36,374 nucleotides of DNA from Neoconidiobolus thromboides FSU 785 (GCA_025603075.1 MU626452.1:1-36374), one strand, 5' to 3'; shown: positions 12,487 through 25,552, numbered from the stretch's first letter. Numbers and translations are program-made. The notes: generated by a model from the sequence alone, not told the origin.

Positions 12487-14052
12487 CCTTGTCTTTGCTC
12501 CATTTATACAATTCAATTCATTCTAAAATAGAATTTAATAAACTGAATGTTTAACAAATAAAGCTTACCTACCTATCTATATCCCAGGCTAAAGTATCTA
12601 ATTTATTACTCTTATAGTATTTGTATTTGTTTTGATCCTTTAAACTTAGTCGTACAATGATAAAATTAAGCCATAAAATTCAACTAGTGATTATGATTAT
12701 AAAATATAAGAGCTCTTTTTTATATTTCTTCATATTCTATTCAACGTAACTCAATATAAGTTATGTAACTATTGTACTGAACTCACTTTTTCTTAAAAGC
12801 TTCTATCTAAACCATTAAACTTGTTATCTATATAAGTCAATCCATTTTTTGTTTCTGGAGATATGACCACAGGATTTATATTCTTTTGATTTTATTTAGA
12901 CACTATTGTAAATATACTGATATTGGTTTGCAATAGTTTCCCAAATTCAAGTTGTTGATAAATTCAATGATGAACTAATTATGCTTACTTTAGCACTTAC
13001 AACATGTAATCTATTACTAATACTAGCGTTTTTCCCATCCGAGTATTTGACATCATCTAACTTCCTTAATTTTATCTCAACTCTATCAAATTCATTATAA
13101 TCAAAGTCATTCTTAATAGAATTAAATCGAATTGATGTTTCTTTCTATATAAAAAGATAAACTAAAGCTACAAAGGATAGAATTAGCACTTACTTTCTTT
13201 GGAATAACTTTTATACTACCAATAAATATACCACATTTTTTCATAATACCATTTTGGTTGAATTTACTATAGCCGTTTTCTTTTTGCTTATTAATCTGAT
13301 TGTAGTTATCATATTCTTCTATATATCCATTAATGTTTCGATTAAACTTATGAGAATTCTTGTTATTCCTTTGAAAATCTTCACGTATTTTCAATTCTTT
13401 ATAAACCTAATTTGATTAATACCATTTTTCTTAGTATTGAGCCTATTTACTCACCTTTTGCCTCTACCCTGACCAAAATTAAAAGGACCCTCCACGTTTT
13501 TCTTAGTTTTAATTCTTTCTGGATTTCCTTTAACCAGCTTATCCTTTATTAACTTATTTACGCTTCCTTTGTGATTACTCCGACCAAGCCTTAGATAATT
13601 CTTATCACCCCCTTTATTAAAGTTAAAGGAATCTTATCTTCCCTGTTCCTGTTCCAAATTAAATCTATCGCTAATGCCCTCATTTTTACTCCTACACAAT
13701 TCGAAACAATCCACATTATTTCCTTCAATAGCTTTTAAAGCTTCTTCAGATAAATAGGGACTCAAGTGTTCATAATAATCATTTTTATTATAAAAGTAAA
13801 TTGAAAAATCCATAGTTCTGAAAAATAACTTTTAAAATTCAAAAAATGTTTTTTATAGGCATTGTTCTGTGACGTAAATAAATGCATTTTTAACACAGGG
13901 TAATAAGCAAAATTCTGCTATATAGTGCAGTCAAAAAGTAAATAAATTAAATCAGAACCTTATAGCATTAATCAGTAAAAAGTTATAAATTAAAGTTTAG
14001 AGTTTTATTATTTTAAGTTTAAACACTTATTTTGATGTAAAAACTTATATAA

Positions 14053-14145
14053 GAGGAAGTTTTTCCTGATTTCATTACTTTTCCATTTTTTGAGCGCTAT
14101 TTGAGTGGAAAGATTGTTAGTAAAATTCTTACAAAACACATCTCC
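14053..14145 (+). mobile_element. MITE copy E (93 bp)
   Basis: ATAA/ATAA duplication; diverged termini GAGGAAG...CATCTCC. Confidence 0.85.
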
Positions 14146-14360
14146 ATAATGAAAATTTACTAAATAACTAAAGATGCTTTTATTTTATAAAACTTAATGT
14201 AAATTTAAATAAATCTAATAATAATTTTCGTAAATATTAATTTAACTTTTTTAATACAATTTTAAAATATTTATTCTGATTTTAATAGTTATAAGTTAAA
14301 CAATTAAATTTAGCTATTTAGTTAGGTAGTCGGAAGTTTTTAACAAATTTGATAAAATAT

Positions 14361-14455
14361 AGAGATGTATTGTGTTTAAGAATTTTATTAACAATTCTTC
14401 TACTCAAATGACGCTTAAAAGATGGGAAAAGTAATGAAGCCAAAAAAACATCCTC
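14361..14455 (-). mobile_element. MITE copy F (95 bp)
   Basis: Reverse copy, flanks ATAT/ATGT. Confidence 0.85.
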
Positions 14456-14600
14456 ATGTATTTTTAATATTTTTTATTATATTTTTAAAATAATAAGCTT
14501 AATACATAACTTATTTTAATATGGCTAAAAAAGTGAGTTTTTATTTACTGAACTGTATATTTATTTATTGGACTATTTATCAATTTTATAAATATTATAT

Positions 14601-14695
14601 GAGGATATATTTTTTTAAAGAATTTTACTAATAGCTTTTTTACTCAAATAGTGCCTAAAAATAGAAAAAGTAACAAAACTATAAAAAACATCCTT
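14601..14695 (-). mobile_element. MITE copy G (95 bp, more diverged)
   Basis: Reverse copy, flanks ATAT/GTAT. Confidence 0.8.
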
Positions 14696-14756
14696 GTATT
14701 GTTATTTGTCAATTTCATAAGTTATAATGTATATATTAAAACAGGCTTATATTATA

Positions 14757-15007
14757 CAGTTGTATTTGGATTATTTAAGCTGAAAATTATTATGGAATAT
14801 ACCATGTATTTGTTAATTATATAATAAAGATATTTTGAGTTATTATTAATGATAAAAAGTAATCTAAATTTTAATACTTTTTATTATGTCCCTCGAAAAC
14901 TGTTGTATTTTTAGACTCTGATATAAGTTAAAACACCTCACTTAATACATAGCTTGTAAAAATGCTACTTTACATAAATATTTATATATTGGAGTCAAAT
15001 ACAACTA
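14757..15007. mobile_element. Candidate Tc1/mariner-type non-autonomous element
   Basis: TA|CAGTTGTATTTG ... CAAATACAACTA|TA: 11 of 12 inverted match with TA on both sides. Only one clear copy in the window. Confidence 0.35.
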
Positions 15008-15203
15008 TAAAAAAACCTTTTTAATTGTTAGTTTAAAAAACATGTCTAGTTTAATGCTTTAATTTTTGAACCATTTTTTAGTTGTACTGTAAATGTTAAC
15101 GCAATTTTTTCTGAACTAAGTAAAATTCAAAATAACTCTTATATCATTAAAAATCTTCTTTGCTAACAAGGCGGTTGTTTTTTACCTTTATTTCCAAAAA
15201 AAG

Positions 15204-16325
15204 ATGCTATCTTTTATTTTATACTCTCTATTCAAACTCCTTCCATATATATTGTCCTCCATCTTCTTCTATCTTGTAAAACATGAATTTGAGTTTGCAT
15301 TTAATCGAGAAAAGTTGATTAAAGGTAATCATTTTCCCATTTTTCATTTTAGCTTGAATAGTTGCTAACAATCAATTAATAGAATTAGATGGCCGCCTTT
15401 TAACCTCTTATAGTAAAACAATTGAAATAAGAGGGAAGAGGTTAAGAGTGGTTGATATACCAAGTCAAAAAAAGAAAGATGCTCCATTGTTGGTATTTAT
15501 CCATGGCTTGGGGTCACAGGTAATTGAGGATCCTAAATAGGTTTGATATTGTTTATTGATATGATTAAATTTTTAGGTTTCGATTTGGAGATATCAATTA
15601 GAAGAGTTTTATAATGAATTTAATTTATTGGCGATTGATTTAGTTGGCCATGGTAATAGTGAAGTGACGAAGGAGTAAGTAGAGTTATTATTAATTTATT
15701 TAAAAATTAACTTTAAGTTATAAATAGTGAAAAAGATTATTCTTTAGATTCTATATCCAAAGATGTGATTGAAATATTAACACTTTATCAAAAACAACAT
15801 CAAAATAATATTATTTTAATAGGTCATTCATTTGGTACCTTAGTAATATCTAAAGTTATTGAAGAGTTAACAGAATTAAATAAAGTGATATTAATATCAC
15901 CAGTGTTAGGAATTCATACAGCACCATGGATTATTCAATATCCATGGTATTTGTTATCTATATTACGTACTTTAGATCGGTTTGGTGGTATTTATTCTAA
16001 ATCAGTAAATAGAGTTATTCATCCAGAATACTCCACAGATAAATTAAAATTAAGACAATTAAAATGGAATTATTTATCATATTCTAAAGTAGTACAAAGC
16101 TTATTAAAACAAAATCAATATAAAATGAAATTACAAGAATTTAATTCGAAATATGAAAATAAGGAAGTGTTGATTATCAATGGATTAAGTGATAGAGTGA
16201 CTGACATATTTAAATTAAATACAAAATTAACTATGATTCTTTATGAACATTGTGGACACAATCCGATGATTGAAAATACAACTAAATTAAATATAGATTT
16301 GGAAGGATTTTTTAAAAATAAATAA
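15204..16325 (+). CDS. Alpha/beta hydrolase with hydrophobic N-terminus (4 exons)
   Basis: LLVFIHGLGSQ, IDLVGHGNS, nucleophile elbow GHSFG, acid DRV and catalytic His in CGHNPMIE. Confidence 0.88.
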
Positions 16326-16403
16326 ATCTTGTATTTTGTTTGATTATTACGTCGTATTTTTTTTGTTTATATTTATTTGATAAAAATAAATTTATAAATT
16401 GAT

Positions 16404-16867
16404 TTATTCATATTGATCCACAGGAGCTTTTTCAGTAAGTGGTTCCCAGCTAAAAAGGGTATCAATAAATAAACACCAATTACTCAACTAATTAAAAAAC
16501 AACTTACATTTTCATTTCTTTGACTTTATCAATTAATTTTAATTCGTCTTCTGCTTCTAATACTAATTGTTCCATTTGTAATCTTTCTAGTTTTTCCAAA
16601 ATAACTTGAGGATCTTCTGTTTGTTGAATAAGATTATAACGATTTAAGGTAATAGCTGTAGTTGCTTTACGATAAAAGCTATCACTAGGCAAAGTTTCTA
16701 ATTTGGTTAATGTTGTTTGATATAACTCCTTTAATCTGGGGACACAGTTCTCATACACTGGTACTTTGGTCATACGGCCAACCTAAAAGGAAAAGGGTGA
16801 GTGGGGTTGATGAGGGAATTATTAAGTTTACCTTAATGACATCAAATAATAATTTGCTGGCTCTCAT
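16404..16867 (-). CDS. NDUFA5: NADH:ubiquinone oxidoreductase subunit NDUFA5/B13 (3 exons)
   Basis: LYQTTLTKLETLPSDSFYRKAT, MEQLVLEAEDELKL and spliced C-terminus KIWEPLTEKAPVDQYE*. Confidence 0.88.
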
Positions 16868-17061
16868 TTCAATTGAATTTAGTTGAATTTAATAAATGAT
16901 GTTTTAAATTTCTTAGTAAAATTTTGATTGATTGATGATTATCTAATTTTTCATCAAAACAAGAATCAATTATTAATCTATGGGATTTAATTATTAAACT
17001 GAAATTCTAATTTGTAAACTAAAAAAGAATTTCAAAAAACTCAAAATATTGTATTTTTAAA

Positions 17062-18034
17062 ATGAATTTCAATTACTTTACTAGACCAAGGTTATTTCAT
17101 AACCTTCAATTCAATATAACACGTCAATTAACTACGAAATTAACATCTACATCATGGGATCGACCAATTACTTCTTTAAATTATAAAATTGTTGAAAGTG
17201 ATTTAATAAAACGTAAGTTAATTTGTTATTATTACAATTTAAAAATTAGACATATAATAACTAACATTTATTTTAGTTGAAAAAACATATGGAAAATTAA
17301 GTGAATATATTAAATTAAAACATTTGCCATTATCAGTCACACCCTCAGATATCTTTAGGATAAGTAGAAGTATATCTGAAGAAGAATTTGAAAACATAGA
17401 ATGTAAGTTATTTTACGTATCATCTCTTATTAAATAAAGAAAGAAAATACTAACTATAATTTTTCTTATTTTAGATTATTTTTCAAGAGATTTAGATTAT
17501 ACATTTAATGGGACCGTATATTTAAAACTCCATACAAAAGAACAAAGTTTAGCTTATTTATTAGATTATAAACTTAACAATTTATTAGCAGGACATAAAT
17601 TAAGTTTTAATTTTATAGATGAATTCACTTATAACAATAAAAAAAATCAAAATCTATTGGGCCAAAATGAAGGTTCTGGAAGTAGTATATGGGTCTGCCA
17701 TCTTCCAATTAGAAGCAATATTAATGAAGTTTATTCATTTCTAAAAACAACAAATATTCCATTAATTTATGAAGATAATTTGAAATTAAGTATACAAGAG
17801 TTAACTATGCCAAAAAAGAATGGAGTAGTGAAAGAAAAGGATTATTTGGATCAAAATTTAGCTTATTTTATCACAGCAAAATCACATCAAAGTGTAAATT
17901 TAGGGTATAGAGTGAGGTATTCTAGACCAGCATATGCACATAGAGTTGCTAGTATTCTTAATGGTCAACCATTTCTAACGAAAAAATATCCTAATTTTAT
18001 TGCTTGTAAAACTAAAGTGAGTGTGTTGTATTAA
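17062..18034 (+). CDS. Probable mitochondrial protein with two RRM-like domains (3' end uncertain, may splice to about 18157-18202)
   Basis: Presequence-like Arg/Thr/Leu-rich N-terminus lacking acidic residues. RNP-like segments YIKLKHLPLSVTPSDI...GTVYLKL and SIWVCHLP...YRVRYS. The 3 exons are phase-compatible. Confidence 0.6.
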
Positions 18035-18207
18035 ATATTAATAAAATATAAAAAAATAACAGTTATTATTATTTTAATATTATTAAGAATAAACTTTTTT
18101 ATTATTCCTTATTATTTAATTATAAAAATAATAAGAATTATTTTAACTATATAAAAGAAAGAACAGAAGATCATTATAAAAAAAGAAGTAGAAAAAGAGT
18201 AAGTTAA

Positions 18208-18720
18208 TTAAACATCCAAATCAAAAAACCAGTCAAATTGTAAAATAAGGGATTCCACTAACATATATAAAGGTTGTAATTGAGGATGAAGATTATTATC
18301 TTTAGGTCGAGCAATAGTTGGACCAAATACAATAGCTAAATTATTAGCATCCATTAAATTCTCTTCAGAATATTCGCTTATCATTTTTAAATGTTCAATT
18401 AAAAATTTTAGTGTACTTAATTGTTCTTGACTTAATTGTTCTAATATTATATCTTTATATCCCATTAATCGTTCATTATAATCCTGAATTCCTAATTTAA
18501 TTTAATTTAATTTAATTATTAGTATATTATTATATTATAATATTCTTATTTATTATAATTCTTACTTGATGTTTCAATAATATTATCATAAGCAATAAAA
18601 GGTATTAAAGGTTCTGTCAATTCTCTAAAATATAATTTAAGTATACCAGTAATGGTATTAATATCAGGTTCAGATGCTAAAGATACTGGACCTAACAAAT
18701 AATATTAAATGAAATAAAAC

Positions 18721-18760
<40 letters not shown>

Positions 18761-21574
18761 ATTCTATTATAAAATAATACCTACCAATATTAATAAATTT
18801 TAATTTCCAATCCTTGATTTGTTTTGAATTACCAGATAATCGATAAATACCTTGACAATTGAAACAATTCCTTGAATTTAATTCTTCAATACACCTTTTA
18901 GGTACATAAGCAATATGATCACTATCTCCAATTAAAGTAAACCAAACGGAATCGCTATCTGTAAAAAACATTTCTTTATTTGTATTACTTGGTATGGATG
19001 ATGTTGATATTGATGATTTATGAAATAATTTGCCCATAATTTTGTTACTCTTAGTTTTATTATTACGTAATAATTTGATATCTAAATAATAAACAAGATT
19101 GTTATTATTATATTATTATTATTATTATTATATTATTATTATTATTATTATATTATTATTATTATTATTATTATATTATTATTATTATTATTATATTATT
19201 ATTATTTATACTTACCATCATTGGATTTGGGTGAACTTAAAGATGTAGTTAAACTATTATTACTTATTACTAAAATATAAAATATTAATAGTTTATATTA
19301 ATAAATATAAATTATAAATAAATTTACCATCTTGTTTAGCAATAAATTTTAAATTATGATTTCTATTTAATTTAGTAATAATTTGAATGAAGTTTGATTT
19401 CTTATGATTTAAATTAAAGGCATTAATATGATCTTTAATAGCTTTAAACCAATCATTAAATTGAATTAAATCTTCTGTTAAAAATAAAGGATTCAAATTG
19501 GACTGTGTTTTAATAAAAAATACATTGTTCTTTTTACTATGCGTTTTATCTGCTTCAGATATAGTTGCTCCTGCTAAATCATACCATCCTTTAAATTTGT
19601 ATTCTTTTTTTTCTTTTAGTTTAAAGATTAACAAAGTAGCTTCTATTAATAATACATAATATTGTTTCCAATGTTTTGTAGAGGATAATGTTCCACTATC
19701 ACATAATTCACTTTTGATACTTATTACTCCTTGTTTACCATCAATCTAAAATTAAATTAAATTAAATTAAATTAAAATTTATATTTTATATTTTTATATT
19801 ATTTAAAAGTAAATTACCTCGTCGATTAATATAATATTATTATCCTTTAAATTAACTTCATGTTTATCATCTACTATTAAATTACTTTCATTAAAAATAA
19901 TTTCATTATTATTCATTAGTTCATTATTATTCATTAGTTCATTATTATTCATTAGTTCATTATTATTATTATTATGGTAATCTTCATAATTATTACTATC
20001 AAACTCATGATTATATTTTACTACTTCATTGTAATTATCTTCTTCTCTATCATTTTCATCTAAATTAATCGGATTACCATCAATCTCAATAGTTTTCAAA
20101 AATTCATCGCCTAAAATTTCATCATTATCTTCAATATAAGAATGAAACTCTGCATGACTTGGAGAAGCAACTCCTAAGTTTAAATTTTCAATATCAATCG
20201 TTAATTGAGATTCATTTAATTGATTAATGATTTCGTTGTTTTCTTCTTCTTCACCTAAATACATTTGAGCAAATTGACTATATGTTATATCTAAGGAATT
20301 GTTTTCTCCTAGTTTAAATATAATTAATTAAATTACTTATAGTTCAAAATTTTATTTTTTAATTAATAGAATTAAAATAGTTTATAGCTTACCAGGTGGT
20401 AATAATACGGACTCCATACTTAATTGAGTTTCCGTTAATAATGGATCTTGTTCCACATTACTTTGAATTATATTTAATTCTTCCTTAATTGCTGCTGATA
20501 AATCACTGATACTGATTTCAACATTTGGTTTTGCTAATTCATCTTCATGACTATAATTATCGTTACTTTGTAACTCTTGTAAATCATGTTTAAAATTTTG
20601 ATTATTTTGATTTAAATGAGATTCTTGATTATCGATTTCTTCATGTTTATAATTATTTATTGTTTGTAAACCATTTAATTCATATTCAGATCCCTGATTA
20701 CTCTTCTTTAAGTAATATTCTTGATTATTCCTTTCGTCATGTTCGTAATTATTTATTGTCTTTAAGCCTTCTGTATCATATTCAAAATTTGGATTACTTT
20801 CATTCAAATAATATTCTTGAGCTTCATTGATATGTTCTTTATCTTCGTCCTCGTTGTATCGATCTTCTTCCCGCCTTTCATCTACATAATTACTTTCTTT
20901 ATACCTTTCCAAATCATTCCTTCTTCTTTCCTCTTCTTCATACTCTTTCTCTTCATATCTTTCTTCTTCATGTGCATCTTTATTGTATCTTTCATTAATA
21001 TTTCCACTATCTGTGTACCTTTCTTCTAAATACTTTACTTCTAACGATTGCTCATACTTTTCCTCCTCATACCTTTCCCCTTCTTCAAACTTTTCTTCTG
21101 TATACCTTTTTACTTTATCCTCCTCCTCATGCTTTTCATCATGGTTTTCTTGATACCTATACTCATTGTACCTCTCATCATATCTTTCTTCATCCATTTC
21201 TTCTTCATGCCTTCCTGCTTTCTCATATCCTTCATCAATATATTTTTCTTCATACTCTTTTTCATACCTTTCATTTTGATGAATTTCTTGATTATACCTC
21301 GATTCTTCATATGTTTCCCTTAAATAGTTAAAATCCTCATACTTCACTTTTTCCACCTCTTCATACCTCTCTTCATCCCTTTCAATTTCCCTATATCCTT
21401 CATTTACACACCTTTCCTCATCCTCTTCTTTTTCCTTCTCCTTTGCATTCTCGCTTTTTCTTTCCTGAATTAGCTCTTCAGCTGGAAATAAGTCATTGGT
21501 AAAATTTAAATTTGGGAGAACGATCGAATTAAAATTCATATCTGACATGATATTATATTCAACATTATTATTAC

Positions 21575-21614
<40 letters not shown>

Positions 21615-21857
21615 TAAATCCATTTCCTTTTGTTGAGTTATGCTCTTATTGGAAGTGAAAATGGACTTATTAATGTTAAGATTATTATCCTCTTGGCTTG
21701 ACATCAAATTCAAGTTTGGTGTTGTTGAATTCAATTTTATCGTAGTTTCATTTAAGTATGGATCATCTGAATGGTTGATATCGTATTCATTGTTATTTTT
21801 AAGCTGCTTAGTTGTAATTTCATTATTCATTTGAACTAAAAAACAAAATAAAATCAA
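18208..21857 (-). CDS. PH- and RhoGAP-domain protein with long acidic/Asn-rich N-terminal region (5' end not located)
   Basis: RhoGAP: GIYRLSG (arginine finger) and LIEHLKMISEYSEENLMDANNLAIVFGPTI. PH: KQGVISIK...WKQYYVLL...KKNNVFFIKT...WFKAI. Exons are linked by GT-AG introns; the listed start of ORF 20382..21857 sits in a splice acceptor tract. Confidence 0.85.
19102..19207. repeat. Compound (ATT)n microsatellite with higher-order 20-23 bp periodicity, filling an intron of the RhoGAP gene
   Basis: TATATT(ATT)n units repeated about 5 times, ending just before the reverse-strand donor CTTAC. Confidence 0.9.
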
Positions 21858-23340
21858 TATTCTAAGAAAATCGAAACAAAAGTCAATTAATTGTTAGCAA
21901 TAAAATATCGAGATTTGATTTATTATCTTTTATTTTAAAACCATAAAATGGATTTATTCTTTTTGAATTAAAAAATAAACGCAGAATATTAACTATTTTT
22001 AGTAGCTTAGGTAATAACTTGGGATACCTTTGAAATTTCATAAACTCAGATATTTGAAAGCAATCTGGGGTTCTATAAAGTTAATAGATTCCAGATTTTT
22101 AGTTAAGGTTAATAAGAACTTAGCATTGTAAGAAAAGTCAAAACAAGTTTGTTGTTAGAATAACTAGGGATAGAATATTCAATTTTAAAATGTTATAAAC
22201 TTCTTTGAGTTGATTAAAATTACACAACAATAAAATATAAAACAGTTGTTTAATTATAACAATTTGTTATGACTTTTCCTAAATCTTACTATTAAATAAT
22301 GAATATCTGGACATTCTTACTAAATATTGAATTTCACTTCAATAAGCACAACAAGAAATCCTTAACATATCATATTAAACTTCAATCTTAACCCAAACTT
22401 ATAATTTGTGTTATATTTCACTTAACTTTTCAATTCAACTAACCCAACTCTGTTCCACCTAACTATTTAATTTAAAAATTAGACAAATTAAATACTTAAA
22501 TTTTATTAATCCTTTAAATAACAAACATTTTAAATTAATTCTTATTCAAATAAATTGGGATACTCAATCTGTTTTGAATTATTAAAGCATTGTTTCTAGT
22601 TTACTCAGTTCAAATTTAATAATTTATATTCATCGATTTATACTTCCTTCTATAATTAATCAAGTATAATTTCTTCATAGTAATTAAGTAAAATACCTTT
22701 TATTTTTTAGCAAAAGCTACTACATAATCAAACTTGAAATTTACTATTCGACTTCAGTTTTATAACAAAAGCGTCACTTTCCTTTTGAAACTACAACTTA
22801 ACATAGGGCAACACCTTAACTACTTTTTTCACTACTCTGGCTTTGCTATCTCTGGTTAGAAACTTACTTTCTAGTCTTTCTTAACTAATAAAATAACTTA
22901 TGGTTTTAATAGCTATAGGTTTTTTAAGTAATGTTTTGAGCAAACAAATTAATCACATTATTTGATTAAAAGCAAAAGCAATTTCCACTGGTATTATTAA
23001 TATTGTTATAAAAAATATGAATTCTAGCTGATTTATTTGAAAAGTTATGCTATTTCAAATGTATTTTGTTATACTAGCTTATTTTGTGACAATGATGTTA
23101 ATATCAAAAATGAATATAACAATATATAGAATTAAATTTATTATTATTAGCTAGACTTTTATTCTTAATAGATAAAGATGGGTATATAAAGAAATTTTTA
23201 CTATAGATTTATATTAAATTTATTTTAAATTGTCCAAGTGTTACTTTATTAATCCATGTTGGTATACTTTTATCAAAAATTGCTAATTTTAAGCTTGAAA
23301 TGTCAAAATAGCTTAATAGAAACAAATTTATTTAATATAA

Positions 23341-23437
23341 GAGGGTGTTTTTTTGGTTTCCTCACTTTTCCATTTTTAAAGCACTATTTAAGTGGAAAAG
23401 TTGCTAGTAAAATTCCTAAACAAAAAAATACATCCCC
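23341..23437 (+). mobile_element. MITE copy H (97 bp)
   Basis: Perfect ATAA/ATAA duplication. Confidence 0.9.
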
Positions 23438-23949
23438 ATAAATTTATGATAAAAATTTCTTTATAAATCATCTTTATCTATTAAGAGTAAAGGTTTAGCT
23501 AATATAAATAATAGCTTTCTTATTAATATTAAATTATCAAACTCGGTCATATTATTTTTTATAAAAATACTTTAATTTTTTTATTAACAGCTTTGTTTAT
23601 ACTTTAAACACGATTAATTAAACTAGCATAAGTCATAGATATTTTGTTTTCCATGAATACAATAATTTTTTTGATTTTATCATACATACTCTTTAATCCT
23701 TTTGTCCCAAATACTTTTTGAGTCTCCTCTTCGTTTGATTATATTATACCAATTTTTAGAGTTTATAGAGCTTTTATTCAATCAAACTACGCCTTTTTTA
23801 AGTACAATATTCAAATAAAATTTAACTGCAAACAATTCATTTTTTTATAGAAAAAATCCATAAAATCCCAAAAATGCGCAATCCAAAAAATATAGAGAAA
23901 AAAGAACAAAATCCTTAACATTGTCTTTGATATAAAAAGGGGATATAAA

Positions 23950-25310
23950 ATGAGCAAAAAAAACATTAGCACACCAAGTGAAACTAAAGAGATAAAGATT
24001 ACCGAAACTGATTTCGATGTCGAAGGAAAGATCCCAATCACAAGTGTTCAATTGGAAGGGATTGTAAGTTGACTGTCCATGATCAAATTTTAAACTAATA
24101 TTTTATTCAGGTTTTAATGAATATCATTAAACACTGTCGTGAAAACTTTCCATCTTATTCATCTGGTTTATTATTAGGTTTAGACTTTAATGAAGTCTTA
24201 GAAGTAACAAACTCTTTTGCTTTCCCAAGTGTTTCTGAAAATAAAAGTATCAATGGTAGTCTTATTTTAACATAAATGAAATTATATGTAACCTCTATTT
24301 TAGCTGCTCAATATCGTGCTGAAATGATTCGTCATTACCGTGAAGTTAACATTGATTCCACCACTGTTGGATGGTATGTTTCATCCCAATTAAACGATTT
24401 TTTGACATCTAGTTTTATTGAAACTCAAGCTTCATATCAAAGAAGTTTGGGTAATAAATGTGTTGCTTTAGTTCATGGTATTTCAATTATATTTATGTAA
24501 AATGAAAAATTAAACATTATAAGATGTTTCTAGAAGTGCCATTGGTTCTCTTCACCTTCGTGCTTATAGATTATCAGATAGTTTTATGGAACTTTACCAA
24601 AGCAATAAGTTCACTTCAAAAAGGTAATTTTTGCTTATTTTAATGAACTAATTTTTAATTTTTTTTAGTTTAAGTGACTCTAATCTTACTTTTGAGAATA
24701 TATTAGTCGAAATTCCAATCATAATTCATAATCCAGATATTATCAATGCTATGTTACATGAACTTGTTGATGATAGTGAAGTACTTGAAGCCAGTTTGAA
24801 TACTGGACCATCTATTCGTTTTAATACCCCAGCTTTACCAAGCTCCTCTTTTATATCACCAAATTATGGCATCTTAGATTTAAATATTGAGCCATATATT
24901 GAACGTAACCTTGAAAACTTATTAGAGTCTTTGGAAGATTATTCTAATGAACAAAATAATTTCCAATATCATTCACGTAATTTAGCAAGAGAAAAGAGTC
25001 GTATTCAAAGTTATCTTCAATCTAAAGTAATAATAATAATAATTTTAGTATAAAGTAAAACTAATATACATTATAGCACCAAGAAAATGAAGCAAGAGTA
25101 GCACGTGGACAAGCACCATTGATATTAGAGACTGAAGAACAAGTTTATGCTAAATTTAAGTTACCAGCAGAACCTTCACGTTTTGATTCTTTATTAACTA
25201 ATTATCAAATTAATAGTTATTGTAAACAACTCAATCAATTTACTGGACCAACTTTAACTAAAATGTATGCTACACAAGGATTACAACAAAGTAATAATCA
25301 ACAGGAATAA
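23950..25310 (+). CDS. EIF3H: Translation initiation factor eIF3 subunit h (6 exons)
   Basis: MPN-like domain: VLMNIIKHC...GLLLGLD...LEVTNSFAFP, REVNIDSTTVGWY, LHLRAYRLS; C-terminal PAEPSRFDSLLTNYQINSYC. Confidence 0.93.
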
Positions 25311-25552
25311 ATTAGAAAAGGATATACATTAAAATAAAACTTTGTTTTTAATTAAAAAGCTTTATATTTAACTTTTTAATTATGGCTTATTAAATACTTA
25401 ATTATTGATTTAAAAAAATAATGATTATGAATTAAAATTTAATTATAAAGCATAAAATTATCAAATAATATTCTTAGGTTAGAATAAGATGCTACTTTAT
25501 TTTAAAAGTTTAACACGACTTAAAAAAACAGGGGTAAAAACTAGAAGGATGA

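Larger units (their letters stand above)
11330..13813 (-). pseudogene. Degenerate DNA (cytosine-5) methyltransferase, DNMT1-like
   Basis: Exons 11595-11532, 11482-11426 and 11379-11330, joined by canonical 49 and 46 nt introns, give CNPIHFHELGVLSVRECARVQGLLDQDGFCSTIKDQYMLIGNAALRRIAFAFGLEN* (C5-MTase motifs IX-X). The next exon upstream gives TITTNIHPMA. Weaker upstream hints are a WDID site, a possible mutated motif I and a BAH-like segment. The upstream part has in-frame stops and frame breaks, and its boundary is tentative. Confidence 0.75.

Noticed and set aside
20817-21834. Phe/Ile-rich or Lys/Met-rich ORFs overlapping the acidic exon
   Set aside because: Shadow frames of a GAA-rich low-complexity coding region.
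23256-23441. 61-aa ORF
   Set aside because: Half of it is MITE H sequence.
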